Source: Nitrosopumilus sp. (GTDB taxonomy: Archaea; Thermoproteota; Nitrososphaeria; Nitrososphaerales; Nitrosopumilaceae). Taken from it: a stretch of DNA of 64,000 nucleotides. The notes under the pieces were generated by a model. The model searched no databases and was not told where the DNA came from. It saw only the letters and a program-made list of their open reading frames with translations. Where the stretch lies: contig OZ240211.1 of NCBI GenBank assembly GCA_965197525.1, positions 704,001-768,000 on the forward strand, given 5' to 3'. Below, one piece after another: positions 49,801 to 64,000 of the stretch (its first letter is position 1; every line of letters begins with the position of its first letter). A program made the translations under genes and the position numbers.

Positions 49801-52800
49801 GGTGCTGAAACGGTAACTAGGTATTGGCTGCCAGACCCGGTTACGGATGTGATGGGGCCAGAGCTAGCACCGTCACCGAGTGTAAGAGTCCAAGAGTTGA
49901 GGATGCCAGAGTCTAGATAATAGTTGTCATTCATGCGTAGTTGCCAGTCGCCGTTAATTGAGACGTCATCACCGTATTCAAGCGTGTATGTTTCTGTGAT
50001 GTCGTCTGCAGAGCCACCGACACGGTTGTGCAGTGTTACTATCTGGTTGTCAGGCGAGACGAGTTGTACCAAGAGATCGCCCCTCCATGTATGGGTGATG
50101 TCTACTGTAACTGATACATCAGAGACTGTGCCTGATTCAGAGACTGTGATGGTATCTGTCTTGTCTGTGTCGTGGGGTACGATATCAAGGGATGGCGTAC
50201 TGGTGTACACAAATGCTTGAGTGGTATTATACACAGGACTGTCAGGGGATAACTCAAAGTCATCTGTACTGACGCCTGTTACTGCCTCATTGAATAGTAC
50301 TGCAAATTCAAGGGTGTTGCTATTGGTAGAGGGGGTTGCAGGGCTGGATCTAGTAATAGAGGTAACAGTTGGTGGCGTGTCTATGACGTTGACTGTTCTA
50401 GTTACCGGTACGGCGGGGTTTCCGGCACTGTCGTCACATGTAAAGGTTACAGTATATGTTCCAGCTATGTCGGTGTTGACAGGATTATCAACTTGAATGT
50501 GAGATTGAGAGATATCGCCATCGGTGTCGTCAATACATGTTGCGCCTGCATCAACGTATGGAGTGCCAAGAGTCGTATCCACAGTAGAATCTGTTAATGT
50601 GATTACTGGTTTAACATTATCAACTGTGATGGTGACATTATAGGAATGATCCTGATTAGCAGGAACAAGACTAGTCAAAGGAATGTTTGCAGAATTGACA
50701 ATGTCGGTATCTTGTGCTATGTCCAAATTGTATATTCCCGATGTAATTGCCATGATTGTTACATAGTATTGGCTGCCAGACCCAGTTACTGATGAAATAG
50801 GATTGATGGCAGTAGTGCCGTCACCGAGTGTAAGAGTCCAAGAGTTGAGGATGCCAGAGTCCAGAGGATAGTTGTCATTCATGCGCAACTGCCAGTCGCC
50901 GTTAATTGAGACGTCATCACCGTATTCAAGCGTGTATGTTTCTGTGATGTCGTCTGCAGAGCCACCGACACGGTTGTGCAGTGTTACTATCTGGTTGTCA
51001 GGCGAGACGAGTTGTACCAAGAGATCGCCCCTCCATGTATGGGTGATGTCTACTGTAACTGATACATCAGATACTGTGCCTGATGCAGTAACGGTAATGG
51101 TGTCTGTCTTGTCTGTGTTGTGGGGTACGATATCAAGGGATGGCGTACTGGTATACTTAAATGTCTGTGAATAACCATCAGTTGGACTATCCGGTGACAA
51201 TTCAAAGTCGTTTTGATCAACATTTTGCACATCAGTGTTGAATTCGACTAAGAATACAGGAGTAGCATCAGATGTAGTCTCTATAGCTGGTGAACTTCTA
51301 GTTATGGACGTTACGTAAAGTGATGTACTGCCAACCTCGATTGTAACGGTGTTTGAGATTAGATTATTGTTTTCGGCGAGATCGTGTACAGAATCTGCGG
51401 GAATGAAGACAGTAAGGGTGCCTGCACCCAGTCCTGTTATTGTGAATTCAAATGTTTGGTTGTCATCTGTGGTTGGTTCAGAGACAGTACCGCTTGATGC
51501 AGATATGTCAGATGTAGTAAATGTGTCAGGATCAATTGGTTCGCCAAAGTCAACTGTAAATGTTATTGACTGTTGGTTTGTAGGTGATGTGACGTTAGCG
51601 TTGATTGATGGTGTAAACTGGGTAGTGTCAACTGTAAATGATTCATCTGGGTTAGGTGCAGTAGCAGTTGTCAGGGGATTGCCTGCAGTATCGGTTATAT
51701 CGTGATTTGACGCAACATCCAAGTTGATGGTGCCTGCAGTGGCATCTGCAACTGTGACCACATAAGATGATGCATTGATAGTAGAGACGGTTATGGTGCC
51801 TGTACCTGCGCCTGCGTCAGTGGATAATACAAAGTCAGCTGAACCAACATTGGTTACTGATTCGCTGAAAGTAACTGCAAAGTCAAGTGATGTGAGGGAG
51901 GTTAGTTCTGATGCAGGCGAGCTTCTGGTTATCGATGAGAGTGATGGAGGTGTGGTATCAATGGTGATGGTAACTGTGTTTGAGACCAAGTTCTTGTTTT
52001 GCGCAAGATCGTCTACAGAGTCGGCAGGAATGAAGACGGTAAGGGTACCTGTAGTCAGTCCTGTTATTGTGAATTCAAATGTTTGGTTGTTATCTGTGGT
52101 TGGTTCAGAGACGGTGCCTTTAGATGCAGATACATCAGATGCAGTAAATGTGGCAGGATCAATTGGTTCATCAAAGTCAACTTTGAATGTTATTGATTGT
52201 TGGTTTGTAGGTGATGGGGTGTTAGTATTAACTGATAGTGTAAACTGTGCAGTATCAACTGTGAATGATTCATCTGGATTGGGTGCAGTATCTGTCAAGT
52301 CGTTGCCTGCAGTATCGGTTATATCGTGATTTGATGCAACATCCAAGTTGATGATACCTGTAGTAGTAACTGTAACTGAAACTACATAAGATGATGCACT
52401 GACAGGAGAGACGGTTATGGTGCCTGTACCTGCGCCTGCGTCAGTGGATAATACAAAGTCAGTTGGACCAACGTTGGTTACTGGTTCGCTGAATGTTGCT
52501 GTAAAGTTAAGGCTGGTTTCAGACGTGGTTTCAGTTGCAGGTGAGTTTCTAGTTATGGATGTCAATGAGGGAGAGATAGCGTCAATCGTGTAGGTTTCAT
52601 CAGGGTCAGAACTAGTATCAGTTAGCGCAGTACCTGCAGAATCAATGATGTCATGGTTGGTTGCTACAAGATCCAATCCTATTGTACCACTGTTTGATGT
52701 TACATCCACTGTGATGATGTAGATAGAACCAGAGCCTGAGATGTCAGATACAGAACCTGTACCGGTGCCTGATATGGCAAAGTCAGATGTATCAACTCCA

Positions 52801-55800
52801 GTCACTGATTCGCTAAAGGTGATTGCAAAGTCAAGTGATGTGAGGGAGGTTAGTTCTGATGTAGGTGTGCTTCTGGTTATGGATGTCAGCGAGGGGGCAG
52901 TGGTATCAATGGTGATTGTGAGTGTTTCAGATACCAAGTTCTTGTTTTGTGCAAGATCGTCTACAGAGTCAGCAGGAATGGAGACGGTAAGGGTGCCGGC
53001 AGTCAGTCCTGTTATTGTGAATTCAAATGTTTGGTTGTTAACTGTGGTTGGTTCAGAGACGGTGCCGTATGATGCAGATATGTCAGATGCTATGAATGTG
53101 GTAGGATCAATTGGTTCGCCAAAGTCAACTGCAAATGTTATTGACTGTTGGTTTGTAGGTGACGTGGTGTTGAAACTAATTAACGGTGTAAACTGGGTAG
53201 TGTCGACTGTAAAGGATTCATCTGGGTTAGGTGCAGTAGCAGTTGCCAGGGGATTGCCTGCAGTATCGGTTATATCGTGATTTGACGCAACATCCAAGTT
53301 GATGATACCTGCAGTGTCAACTGCAACTGTTACCACGTAAGATGATGCATTGACAGTAGAGACGGTTATGGTGCCTGCGCCTGCGTCAGTGGATAATACA
53401 AAGTCAGCTGAACCAACATTGGTTACTGATTCGCTGAAAGTAACTGCAAAGTCAAGTGATGTAAGGGAGGTTAGTTCTGATGTAGGTGAGCTTCTGGTTA
53501 TGGATGTCAGTGAGGGGGCAGTGGTATCAATGATGATTGTGAGTGTTTCAGATACCAAGTTCTTGTTTTGTGCAAGATCGTCTACAGAGTCAGCAGGAAT
53601 GGAGACAGTAAGGGTACCTGCAGTCAGTCCTGTTATTGTGAATTCAAATGTTTGGTTGTTATCTGTGGTTGGTTCAGAGACGGTGCCGTCTGATGCAGAT
53701 ATGTCAGATTCTATGAATGTGGTAGGATCAATTGGTTCGCCAAAGTCAACTGTAAATGTTATTGACTGTTGGTTTGTAGGTGACGTGGTGTTGAAACTAA
53801 TTAACGGTGTAAACTGGGTAGTGTCAACTGTAAATGATTCATCTGGGTCAGGTGCAGTAGCAGTTGCCAGGGGATTGCCTGCAGTATCGGTTATATCGTG
53901 ATTTGATGCAACATCCAAGTTGATGATACCTGCAGTGTCAACTGCAACTGTTACCACGTAAGATGATGCATTGACAGTAGAGACGGTTATGTCGCCTGTA
54001 CCTGCGCCTGCGTCAGTGGATAATACAAAGTCAGCTGAACCAACATTGGTTACTGATTCGCTGAATATGACTGCAAATTCAAGTGATGTAAGGGAGGTTA
54101 GTTCTGATGTAGGTGAGCTTCGGGTTATGGATGAGAGTGATGGGGCAGTGGTATCAATGGTGATTGTGAGTGTGTCAGATACCAAGTTCTTGTTTTGTGC
54201 AAGATCGTCTACAGAGTCAGCAGGAATGGAGACAGTAAGGGTACCTGCAGTCAGTCCTGTTATTGTGAATTCAAACGTTTGGTTGTCATTTGTAGTAGGT
54301 GTAGAGACGGTGCCGTCTGATGCAGATATGTCAGATTCTATGAATGTGTCAGGATCAATTTCCTCAGTAAAGTCAACTGTGAACGTTATTGACTGTTGGT
54401 TTGTAGGTGATGTGACGTTAGCACTGATTAACGGTGTAAACTGGGTAGTGTCGACTGTAAAGGATTCATCTGGGTTAGGTGCAGTAGCAGTTGTCAAGGG
54501 ATTGCCTGCAGTATCGGTTATGCCATGGCCTGATGCAACATCCAAGTTGATGATACCATCAGTGGTAACTTCAACTGAAACTACATATGATGATGTATCG
54601 ACAGGAGAGACGGTTATGGTGCCTGCACCTGCGCCTGCGTCAGTGGATAATACAAAGTCAGTTGGACCAACGTTGGTTACTGGTTCGCTGAATGTTGCTG
54701 TAAAGTTAAGGCTGGTTTCAGACGTGGTTTCAGTTGCAGGTGAGTTTCTAGTTATGGATGTCAATGAGGGAGAGATAGCGTCAATCGTGTAGGTTTCATC
54801 AGGGTCAGAACTAGTATCAGTTAGCGCAGTACCTGCAGAATCAATGATGTCATGGTTGGTTGCTACAAGATCCAATCCTATTGTACCACTGTTTGATGTT
54901 ACATCCACTGTGATGATGTAGATAGAACCAGAGCCTGAGATGTCAGATACAGAACCTGTACCGGTGCCTGATATGGCAAAGTCAGATGTATCAACTCCAG
55001 TCACTGATTCGCTAAAGGTGATTGCAAAGTCAAGTGATGTGAGGGAGGTTAGTTCTGATGTAGGTGTGCTTCTGGTTATCGATGAGAGTGATGGAGGTGT
55101 GGTATCAATGATGATTGTGAGTGTTTCAGATACCAAGTTCTTGTTTTGTGCAAGATCGTCTACAGAGTCAGCAGGAATGGAGACAGTAAGGGTACCTGCA
55201 GTCAATCCCGTTATTGTGAATTCAAATGTTTGGTTGTCAATTGTAGTAGGTGCAGAGATAGTGCCGTCTGATGCAGATATGTCAGATTCTATGAATGTGG
55301 TAGGATCAATTGGTTCGCCAAAGTCAACTGTGAATGTTATTGACTGTTGGTTTGTAGGTGATGTGACGTTAGCGCTGATTAATGGTGTAAACTGGGTAGT
55401 GTCAACTGTAAATGATTCATCTGGGTCAGGTGCAGTAGCAGTTGCCAGGGGATTGCCTGCAGTATCGGTTATATCGTGATTTGATGCAACATCCAAGTTG
55501 ATGATACCTGCAGTGTCAACTGCAACTGTTACCACGTAAGATGATGCATTGACAGTAGAGACGGTTATGTCGCCTGTACCTGCGCCTGCGTCAGTGGATA
55601 ATACAAAGTCAGCTGAACCAACATTGGTTACTGATTCGCTGAATATGACTGCAAATTCAAGTGATGTAAGGGAGGTTAGTTCTGATGTAGGTGAGCTTCG
55701 GGTTATGGATGTCAGCGAGGGGGCAGTGGTATCAATGGTGATTGTGAGTGTGTCAGATACCAAGTTCTTGTTTTGTGCAAGATCGTCTACAGAGTCAGCA

Positions 55801-58800
55801 GGAATGGAGACAGTCAGGGTGCCGGCAGTCAGTCCCGTTATTGTGAATTCAAACGTTTGGTTGTCATTTGTAGTAGGTGCAGAGGTAGTGCCGTCTGATG
55901 CAGATATGTCAGATGCTATGAATGTGTCAGGATCAATTTCCTCAGTAAAGTCAACTGTGAACGTTATTGACTGTTGGTTTGTAGGTGACGTGGTGTTGGA
56001 ACTAATTAACGGTGTAAACTGGGTAGTGTCGACTGTAAAGGATTCATCTGGGTTAGGTGCAGTAGCAGTTGCCAGGGGATTGCCTGCAGTATCGGTTATG
56101 CCATGGCCTGATGCAACATCCAAGTTGATGATACCATCAGTGGTAACTTCAACTGAAACTACATATGATGATGTATCGACAGGAGAGACGGTTATGGTGC
56201 CTGTACCTGCGCCTGCGTCAGTGGATAATACAAAGTCAGTTGGACCAACGTTGGTTACTGGTTCGCTGAATGTTGCTGTAAAGTTAAGGTTGGTTTCAGA
56301 CGTGGTTTCAGTTGCAGGTGAGTTTCTAGTTATGGATGTCAATGAGGGAGAGATAGCGTCAATCGTGTAGGTTTCATCAGGGTCAGAACTAGTATCAGTT
56401 AGCGCAGTACCAGCAGAATCAATGATGTCGTGGTTGGTTGCTACAAGACTCAATCCTATTGTACCACTGTTTGATGTTACATCCACTGTGACGGTGTAAC
56501 TAGACCCGGAACCTGAGATGTCAGATACAGAACCTGTGCCGGTGCCTGATACGGCAAAGTCAGATGCATCAACTCCAGTCACTGATTCGCTGAATGTGAC
56601 TGCAAAGTCAAGTGATGTAAGGGAGGTTAGTTCTGATGCAGGTGAGCTTCTGGTTACGGATGTCAACGAGGGGGCTGTAGTATCAATGGTGATTGTGAGT
56701 GTTTCAGATACCAAGTTCTTGTTTTGTGCAAGATCGTCTACAGAGTCAGCAGGAATGGAGACGGTAAGGAGACCTGCAGTCAGTCCTGTTATTGTGAATT
56801 CAAATGTTTGGTTGTCATTTGTAGTAGGTGCAGAGACGGTGCCGTATGATGCAGATATGTCAGATATAGTAAATGTGGAAGCGTTAATCTCCTCAGTAAA
56901 GTCAACTGTAAATGTTATTGATTGCTGGTTTGTAGGTGATGTGACGTTAGCGTTGATTGATGGTGTAAACTGGGTAGTGTCAACTGTGAATGATTCATCT
57001 GGGTCAGGTGCAGTAGCAGTTGCCAGGGGATTGCCTGCAGTATCGGTTATATCGTGATTTGATGCAACATCCAAGTTGATGATACCTGCAGTGTCAACTG
57101 CAACTGTTACCACGTAAGATGATGCATTGACAGTAGAGACGGTTATGTCGCCTGTACCTGCGCCTGCGTCAGTGGATAATACAAAGTCAGCTGAACCAAC
57201 ATTGGTTACTGATTCGCTGAATATGACTGCAAATTCAAGTGATGTAAGGGAGGTTAGTTCTGATGTAGGTGAGCTTCGGGTTATGGATGAGAGTGATGGG
57301 GCAGTGGTATCAATGGTGATTGTGAGTGTGTCAGATACCAAGTTCTTGTTTTGTGCAAGATCGTCTACAGAGTCAGCAGGAATGGAGACAGTAAGGGTAC
57401 CTGCAGTCAGTCCTGTTATTGTGAATTCAAACGTTTGGTTGTCATTTGTAGTAGGTGTAGAGACGGTGCCGTCTGATGCAGATATGTCAGATTCTATGAA
57501 TGTGTCAGGATCAATTTCCTCAGTAAAGTCAACTGTGAACGTTATTGACTGTTGGTTTGTAGGTGATGTGACGTTAGCACTGATTAACGGTGTAAACTGG
57601 GTAGTGTCGACTGTAAAGGATTCATCTGGGTTAGGTGCAGTAGCAGTTGTCAAGGGATTGCCTGCAGTATCGGTTATGCCATGGCCTGATGCAACATCCA
57701 AGTTGATGATACCATCAGTGGTAACTTCAACTGAAACTACATATGATGATGTATCGACAGGAGAGACGGTTATGGTGCCTGTACCTGCGCCAGTGGATAA
57801 TACAAAGTCAGTTGGACCAACGTTGGTTACTGGTTCGCTGAATGTTGCTGTAAAGTTAAGGCTGGTTTCAGACGTGGTTTCAGTTGCAGGTGAGTTTCTA
57901 GTTATGGATGTCAATGAGGGAGAGATAGCGTCAATCGTGTAGGTTTCATCAGGGTCAGAACTAGTATCAGTTAGCGCAGTACCTGCAGAATCAATGATGT
58001 CGTGGTTGGTTGCCACAAGACTCAATCCTATTGTACCACTGTTTGATGTTACATCCACTGTGACGGTGTAACTAGACCCGGAACCTGAGATGTCAGATAC
58101 AGAACCTGTGCCGGTGCCTGATACGGCAAAGTCAGATGCATCAACTCCAGTCACTGATTCGCTGAATGTGACTGCAAAGTCAAGTGATGTGTTGGAGGTC
58201 AGCTCTGTTGTGGGTGAGCTTCTGGTTATGGATGTCAGCGAGGGGGCAGTGGTATCAATGATGATTGTGAGTGTTTCAGATACCAAGTTCTTGTTTTGTG
58301 CAAGATCGTCTACAGAGTCAGCAGGAATGGAGACGGTAAGGAGACCTGCAGTCAGTCCCGTTATTGTGAATTCAAATGTTTGGTTGTCAATTGTAGTAGG
58401 TGCAGAGATAGTGCCGTATGATGCAGATATGTCAGATATAGTAAATGTGGAAGCGTTAATCTCCTCAGTAAAGTCAACTGTGAATGTTATTGACTGTTGG
58501 TTTGTAGGTGATGTGACGTTAGCGCTGATTGATGGTGTAAACTGGGTAGTGTCAACTGTAAATGATTCATCTGGGTCAGGTGCAGTAGCAGTTGCCAGGG
58601 GATTGCCTGCAGTATCGGTTATGCCATAGCCTGATGCAACATCCAAGTTTATGATACCAGTAGTAGTAACTGCAACTGTTACCACGTAAGATGATGCATT
58701 GACAGTAGAGACGGTTATGTCGCCGGTACCTGCGCCTGCGTCAGTGGATAATACAAAGTCAGTTGGACCAACATTGGTTACTGATTCGCTGAATATGACT

Positions 58801-61800
58801 GCAAATTCAAGTGATGTAAGGGAGGTTAGTTCTGATGTAGGTGAGCTTCTGGTTATGGATGTCAGCGAGGGGGCAGTGGTATCAATGGTGATTGTGAGTG
58901 TTTCAGATACCAAGTTCTTGTTTTGTGCAAGATCGTCTACAGAGTCAGCAGGAATGGAGACAGTCAGGGTGCCGGCAGTCAGTCCCGTTATTGTGAATTC
59001 AAACGTTTGGTTGTCATTTGTAGTAGGTGCAGAGGTAGTGCCGTCTGATGTAGATATGTCAGATGCTATGAATGTGTCAGGATCAATTTCCTCAGTAAAG
59101 TCAACTGTAAATGTTATTGATTGTTGGTTTGTAGGCGACGTGGTGTTGAAACTAATTAACGGTATAAACTGGGTAGTGTCAACTGTGAAGGATTCGTCTG
59201 GGTCAGGTGCAGTAGCAGTTGCCAGGGGGTTGCCTGCAGTATCGGTTATGCCATGGCCTGATGCAATATCCAAGTTGATGATACCATCAGCGGTAACTTC
59301 AACTGAAACTACATAAGATGATGCACTGACAGGAGAGACGGTTATGGTGCCTGTGCCTGCGTCAGTGGATAATACAAAGTCAGTTGGACCAACGTTGGTT
59401 ACTGGTTCGCTGAATGTTGCTGTAAAGTTAAGGTTGGTTTCAGACGTGGTTTCAGTTGCAGGTGAGTTTCTAGTTATGGATGTCAATGAGGGAGAGATAG
59501 CGTCAATCGTGTAGGTTTCATCAGGGTCAGAACTAGTATCAGTTAGCGCAGTACCTGCAGAATCAATGATGTCATGGTTGGTTGCCACAAGACTCAATCC
59601 TATTGTACCACTGTTTGATGTTACATCCACTGTGACGGTGTAACTAGACCCGGAACCTGAGATGTCAGATACAGAACCTGTGCCGGTGCCTGATACGGCA
59701 AAGTCAGATGCATCAACTCCAGTCACTGATTCGCTGAATGTGACTGCAAAGTCAAGTGATGTAAGGGAGGTTAGTTCTGATGCAGGTGAGCTTCTGGTTA
59801 CGGATGTCAACGAGGGGGCTGTAGTATCAATGGTGATTGTGAGTGTGTCAGATATCAAGTTCTTGTTTTGTGCAAGATCATCTACAGAGTCAGCAGGAAT
59901 GGAGACGGTAAGGGTGCCGGCAGTCAGTCCCGTTATTGTGAATTCAAATGTTTGGTTGTCAATTGTAGTAGGTGCAGAGATAGTGCCGTATGATGCAGAT
60001 ATGTCAGATATAGTAAATGTGGAAGCGTTAATCTCCTCAGTAAAGTCAACTGTGAATGTTATTGACTGTTGGTTTGTAGGTGATGTGACGTTAGCGCTGA
60101 TTAATGGTGTAAACTGGGTAGTGTCAACTGTGAATGATTCATCTGGGTCAGGTGCAGTAGCAGTTGCCAGGGGGTTGCCTGCAGTGTCGGTTATATCGTG
60201 ATTTGATGCAATATCCAAGTTGATGATACCTGCAGTGTCAACTGCAACTGTTACCACGTAAGATGATGCATTGACAGTAGAGACGGTTATGGTGCCTGCG
60301 CCTGCGCCTGCGTCAGTGGATAACACAAAGTCAGCTGAACCAACATTGGTTACTGATTCGCTGAAAATAACTGCAAAGTCAAGTGATGTAAGAGAGGTTA
60401 GTTCTGATGTAGGCAAGCTTCTGGTTATCGATGAGAGTGATGGAGGTGTGGTATCAATGGTGATTGTGAGTGTGTTCAGAGGCCAAGTTCTTGTTTTGTG
60501 CAAGATCGTCTACAGAGTCAGCAGGAATGGAGACGGTAAGGGTACCGGCAGTCAGTTCTATTATTGCGAATTCAAACGTTTGGTTGTCATCTGTGGTTGG
60601 TGTAGAGACAATGCCGCTTGATCTAGATATGTCAGATATAGTAAATGTGTCAGCGTCAATTGGTTCGCCAAATTCAACTGTGAATGTTATTGACTGTTGG
60701 TTTGTAGGTGACGTGGTGTCAGTACTGATTAATGGTATAAACTGTGTATTGTCAACTGTGAATGATTCATCTGGGTCAGGTGCAGTAGCAGTTGTCAGGG
60801 AGTTGCCTGCAGTATCGATTATATCGTGATTTGATGCAACATCCAAGTTGATGATACCTGCAGTGTCAACTGCAACTGTTACCACGTAAGATGATGCATT
60901 GACAGTAGAGACGGTTATGGTGCCTGTACCCGCACCTGCGTCAGTGGATAACACAAAGTCAGCTGAACCAACATTGGTTACTGATTCGCTGAAAATAACT
61001 GCAAAGTCAAGTGATGTAAGGGAGGTTAGTTCTGATGTAGGCAAGCTTCTGGTTATCGATGAGAGTGATGGAGGTGTGGTATCAATGGTGATTGTGAGTG
61101 TGTTTGAGACCAAGTTCTTGTTTTGTGCAAGATCGTCTACAGAGTCAGCAGGAATGGAGACAGTAAGGGTGCCTGCAGTCAGTGCTGTTATGTCAAATGT
61201 GAATGTTTGGTTGTCATTTGTAGTAGGTGTAGAGACAGTGCCACTTGATCTAGATATGTCAGATATAGTAAATGTGTCAGCGTCAATTGGTTCACCAAAG
61301 TCAACTGTGAATGTTATGGACTGTTGGTTTGTAGGTGATGTGACGTTAGCGCTGATTAATGGTGTAAACTGGGTAGTGTCGACTGTGAAGGATTCATCTG
61401 GATTAGGTGCAGTAGCAGTTGTCAGGGGGTTGCCTATAGTATCGGTTATGTCGTTGTCTTGCGCAACATCCAAGTTGATGATACCATCAGTAAGGGGTAA
61501 CTTCAACTGAAACTACATAAGATGATGCACTGACAGTGGGAGACTGTGAAGGATTCATCTGGATTAGGTGCAGTAGCAGTTGTCAGGGGGTTGCCTATAG
61601 TATCGGTTATGTCGTTGTCTTGCGCAACATCCAAGTTGAGTGGATAACACAAAGTCAGTTGGACCAACGTTGGTTACGTTGGTTACTGATTCGCTGAATG
61701 TTGCTGTAAAGTTAAGGCTGGTTTCAGACGTGGTTTCAGTTGTAGGTGAGTTTCTAGTTATGGATATCAATGAGGGAGAGATAGCGTCAATCGTGTAGGT

Positions 61801-64000
61801 TTCATCAGGGTCAGGACTAGTATCAGTTAGCGCAGTACCAGCAGAATCAATGATGCCATGGTTGGTTGCCACAAGACTCAATCCTATTGTACCACTGTTT
61901 GATGTTACATCTACTGTGACGGTGTAACTAGACCCGGAACCTGAGATGTTAGATGCAGAACCTGTGCCGGTGCCTGATATGGCAAAGTCAGATGTATCAA
62001 CTCCAGTCACTGATTCGCTAAAGGTGACTGCAAAGTCAAGTGATGTGTTGGAGGTCAGCTCTGTTGTGGGTGAGCTTCTGGTTATCGATGAGAGTGATGG
62101 GGGGGTGGTATCAATGATGATTGTGAGTGTGTTTGAGACCAAGTTCTTGTTTTGTGCAAGATCATCTACAGAGTCAGCAGGAATGGAGACAGTAAGGGTG
62201 CCGGCAGTCAGCCCTGTTATTTCAAATTCAAACGTTTGGTTGTCATTTGTAGTAGGTGCAGAGACGGTGCCGTATGATGCCGATATGTCAGATGTAATAA
62301 ATGTGGAAGCGTCAATTGGTTCGCCAAAGTCAACTGTGAATGTTATTGACTGCTGGTTTGTAGGCGATGTGGTGTTGAAACTAATTAACGGTGTAAACTG
62401 TGCAGTATCAACTGTGAAGGATTCATCTGGGTTAGGTGCAGTAGCAGTTGTCAGGGGGTTGCCTGCAGTATCGGTTATATCGTGATTTGATGCAACATCC
62501 AAGTTGATGGTGCCTGCAGTGGCATCTGCAACTGTTACCACGTAAGATGACGCACTGACAGTAGAGACGGTTATGGTGCCTGTACCTGCGCCTGCGTCAG
62601 TGGATAATACAAAGTCAGTTGGACTAACATTGGTTACTGATTCACTGAAAGTAACTGCAAAGTCAAGTGATGTAAGGGAGGTTTGTTCTGATGTAGGTGA
62701 GCTTCTGGTTATGGATGAGAGTGATGGGGGTGTGGTATCAATGGTGATTGTGAGTGTGTTTGAGACCAAGTTCGTGTTTTGTATACGACTATTTACAGAA
62801 CCAGCAGGAATGTGGACGGTAAGATCACCAGCAGTCAGATCTGTTATTTCAAACGTGGATGTTTGGGCGTGATGTATAGGTGTAGAAACAGTGCCTTGAG
62901 ATACAGATACATCAGATGCAATGAATGTGGCAGTGTCAATTAGTTTGCCAAAGTCAACTGTGAATGTTATTGATTGCTGGTTTGTAGGTGATGTGGTGGT
63001 AGTACGGATGAATGATGTAAACGGTGCAGTGTCAACTGTGAAGGATTCATCTCGGTTAGGCGTGGTAGTTGTCAGGGGGTTGCCTGCAATATCGGTTATG
63101 TCGTTGTCTTGCGCAACATCCAAGTTTATGATACCATCGGTGGTAACTTCAACTGAAACTACATAAGATGATGCACTGACAGTGGAGAGGGTTATGGTGC
63201 CAGTACCTGCACCATCGACAGTGGATAATACAAAGTCAGTTGGACCAACATTGGTTACTGGTTCGCTGAATGTTGCTGTAAAGTTAAGTGATGTGCTGGA
63301 GGTTATTGGGAATGCAGTGTTTCTGGTTATGGACGTCAATGAGGGAGCCGTAGTATCAATGGTGATGTTAACTGTGTTTGAGACCAAGTTTTTGTTTCGT
63401 GCAAGATCATCTACATTGTCATGATTAATGGAGACATCAAGGATGCCGGTAGTTAGTTCTGTTATGTCAAATGTGAATGTTTGGTTGTTAGCTGTGGTTG
63501 GTGCAGAGACGGTGCCGTCTGATGCAGTTATGTCAGATTCTATGAATGTGTCAGGATCAATTTCCTCAGTAAAGTCAACTGTAAATGTTATTGATTGCTG
63601 GTTTGTAGGTGATGTGACGTTAGCGCTGATTAATGGTGTAAACTGGGTAGTGTCAACTGTGAAGGATTCATCTGGGTTAGGTGCAGTAGCAGTTGTCATG
63701 GGGTTGCCTACAAGATCGGTTATGTCGTTGTCTTGTGCAACATCCAAGTTTATGGTACCATCAGTGGTAACTTCAACTGAAACTACATATGATGATGTAT
63801 CGACAGGAGAGACGGTTATGGTACCTACTCCAGTAGATAACACAAAGTCAGATGAATCCACAGGGGTTACTGGTTCGCTGAAAGTAACTAAAAATATAGG
63901 GATTGTATTGGAGGTGTGTTCTGATGTAGGTGAGCTTCGGGTTATGGACGTCAATGAGGGAGCCGTAGTATCAATGGTGATGGTAACTGTGTTTGAGACC
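46824..64000 (-). CDS. Giant repetitive surface protein (Ig-like repeats, DUF5011-like Ig, proprotein-convertase P domains), broken by frameshifts; starts beyond the right edge
   Basis: ORFs 61564..63954, 60454..61506 and 46824..60503 use the same repeat modules. There is a 1-bp deletion near 60476 and a scrambled segment at about 61490-61640. P domain: VDITHTWRGDL.VQLVSP...GDWQLRMND...G.LNSWTL. Confidence 0.85.
46827..50620 (-). repeat. About four near-identical 948-bp tandem units (DUF5011-like Ig + Ig + P domain)
   Basis: Identical shadow ORFs recur at 46867, 47815, 48763 and 49711 (period 948). Confidence 0.93.
51350..64000 (-). repeat. Higher-order array of about 100-110 aa Ig-like modules with a period near 1572-1578 bp
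   Basis: The same module recurs at 52741, 54940, 56518, 58090, 59662 and 61946. Confidence 0.88.

Noticed and set aside
46827-50620. Array-type RNA locus or CRISPR in the 948-bp repeats
   Set aside because: The units are in-frame protein domains with no variable spacers.
46867-63424. Dozens of plus-strand ORFs across the giant gene
   Set aside because: Antisense shadows of the repetitive minus-strand CDS; used only to measure repeat periods.

Overview
Archaeal DNA, most likely a Nitrosopumilaceae thaumarchaeote (S-layer N-terminus MKNEIGRKITSLTLMTIM; archaeal-type ribosomal and tRNA-synthetase genes). The many IS remnants, pseudogenes, microsatellite expansions and a giant repeat protein suggest a host-associated lineage, but that is inference. 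The core backbone is: S-layer, sod, S8 protease, pckA, rpl32e, rpl19e, ogt, dtdA, secE, spt5, rpl11, Lrp, rpl1, rpl10, rpl12, alaS, leuS, nitroreductase. Accessory DNA is inserted between these genes. Main result: two intact TnpB (IS605-type RNA-guided nuclease) genes each sit alone between perfect terminal inverted repeats (TIRs) with perfect 8-bp target-site duplications (TSDs). The TIRs start GGTTCTGT, like those of an autonomous IS6-family DDE transposon in the same window, and one TnpB element shares the first 18 bp with it. A 487-bp MITE with the same type of ends keeps only the 3' tnpB fragment and the omegaRNA. The three omegaRNA copies show compensatory base changes, and their predicted guides lie inside the elements. 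An IS110-family element upstream of the S-layer gene has a bridge-RNA-like sequence whose loops match its own junctions. Other features: an orphan two-repeat CRISPR-like unit, a 511-bp triplet microsatellite, a frameshifted S-layer C-terminal copy, and a >17 kb modular Ig-like/P-domain surface-protein gene. No rRNA or tRNA gene was recognised.
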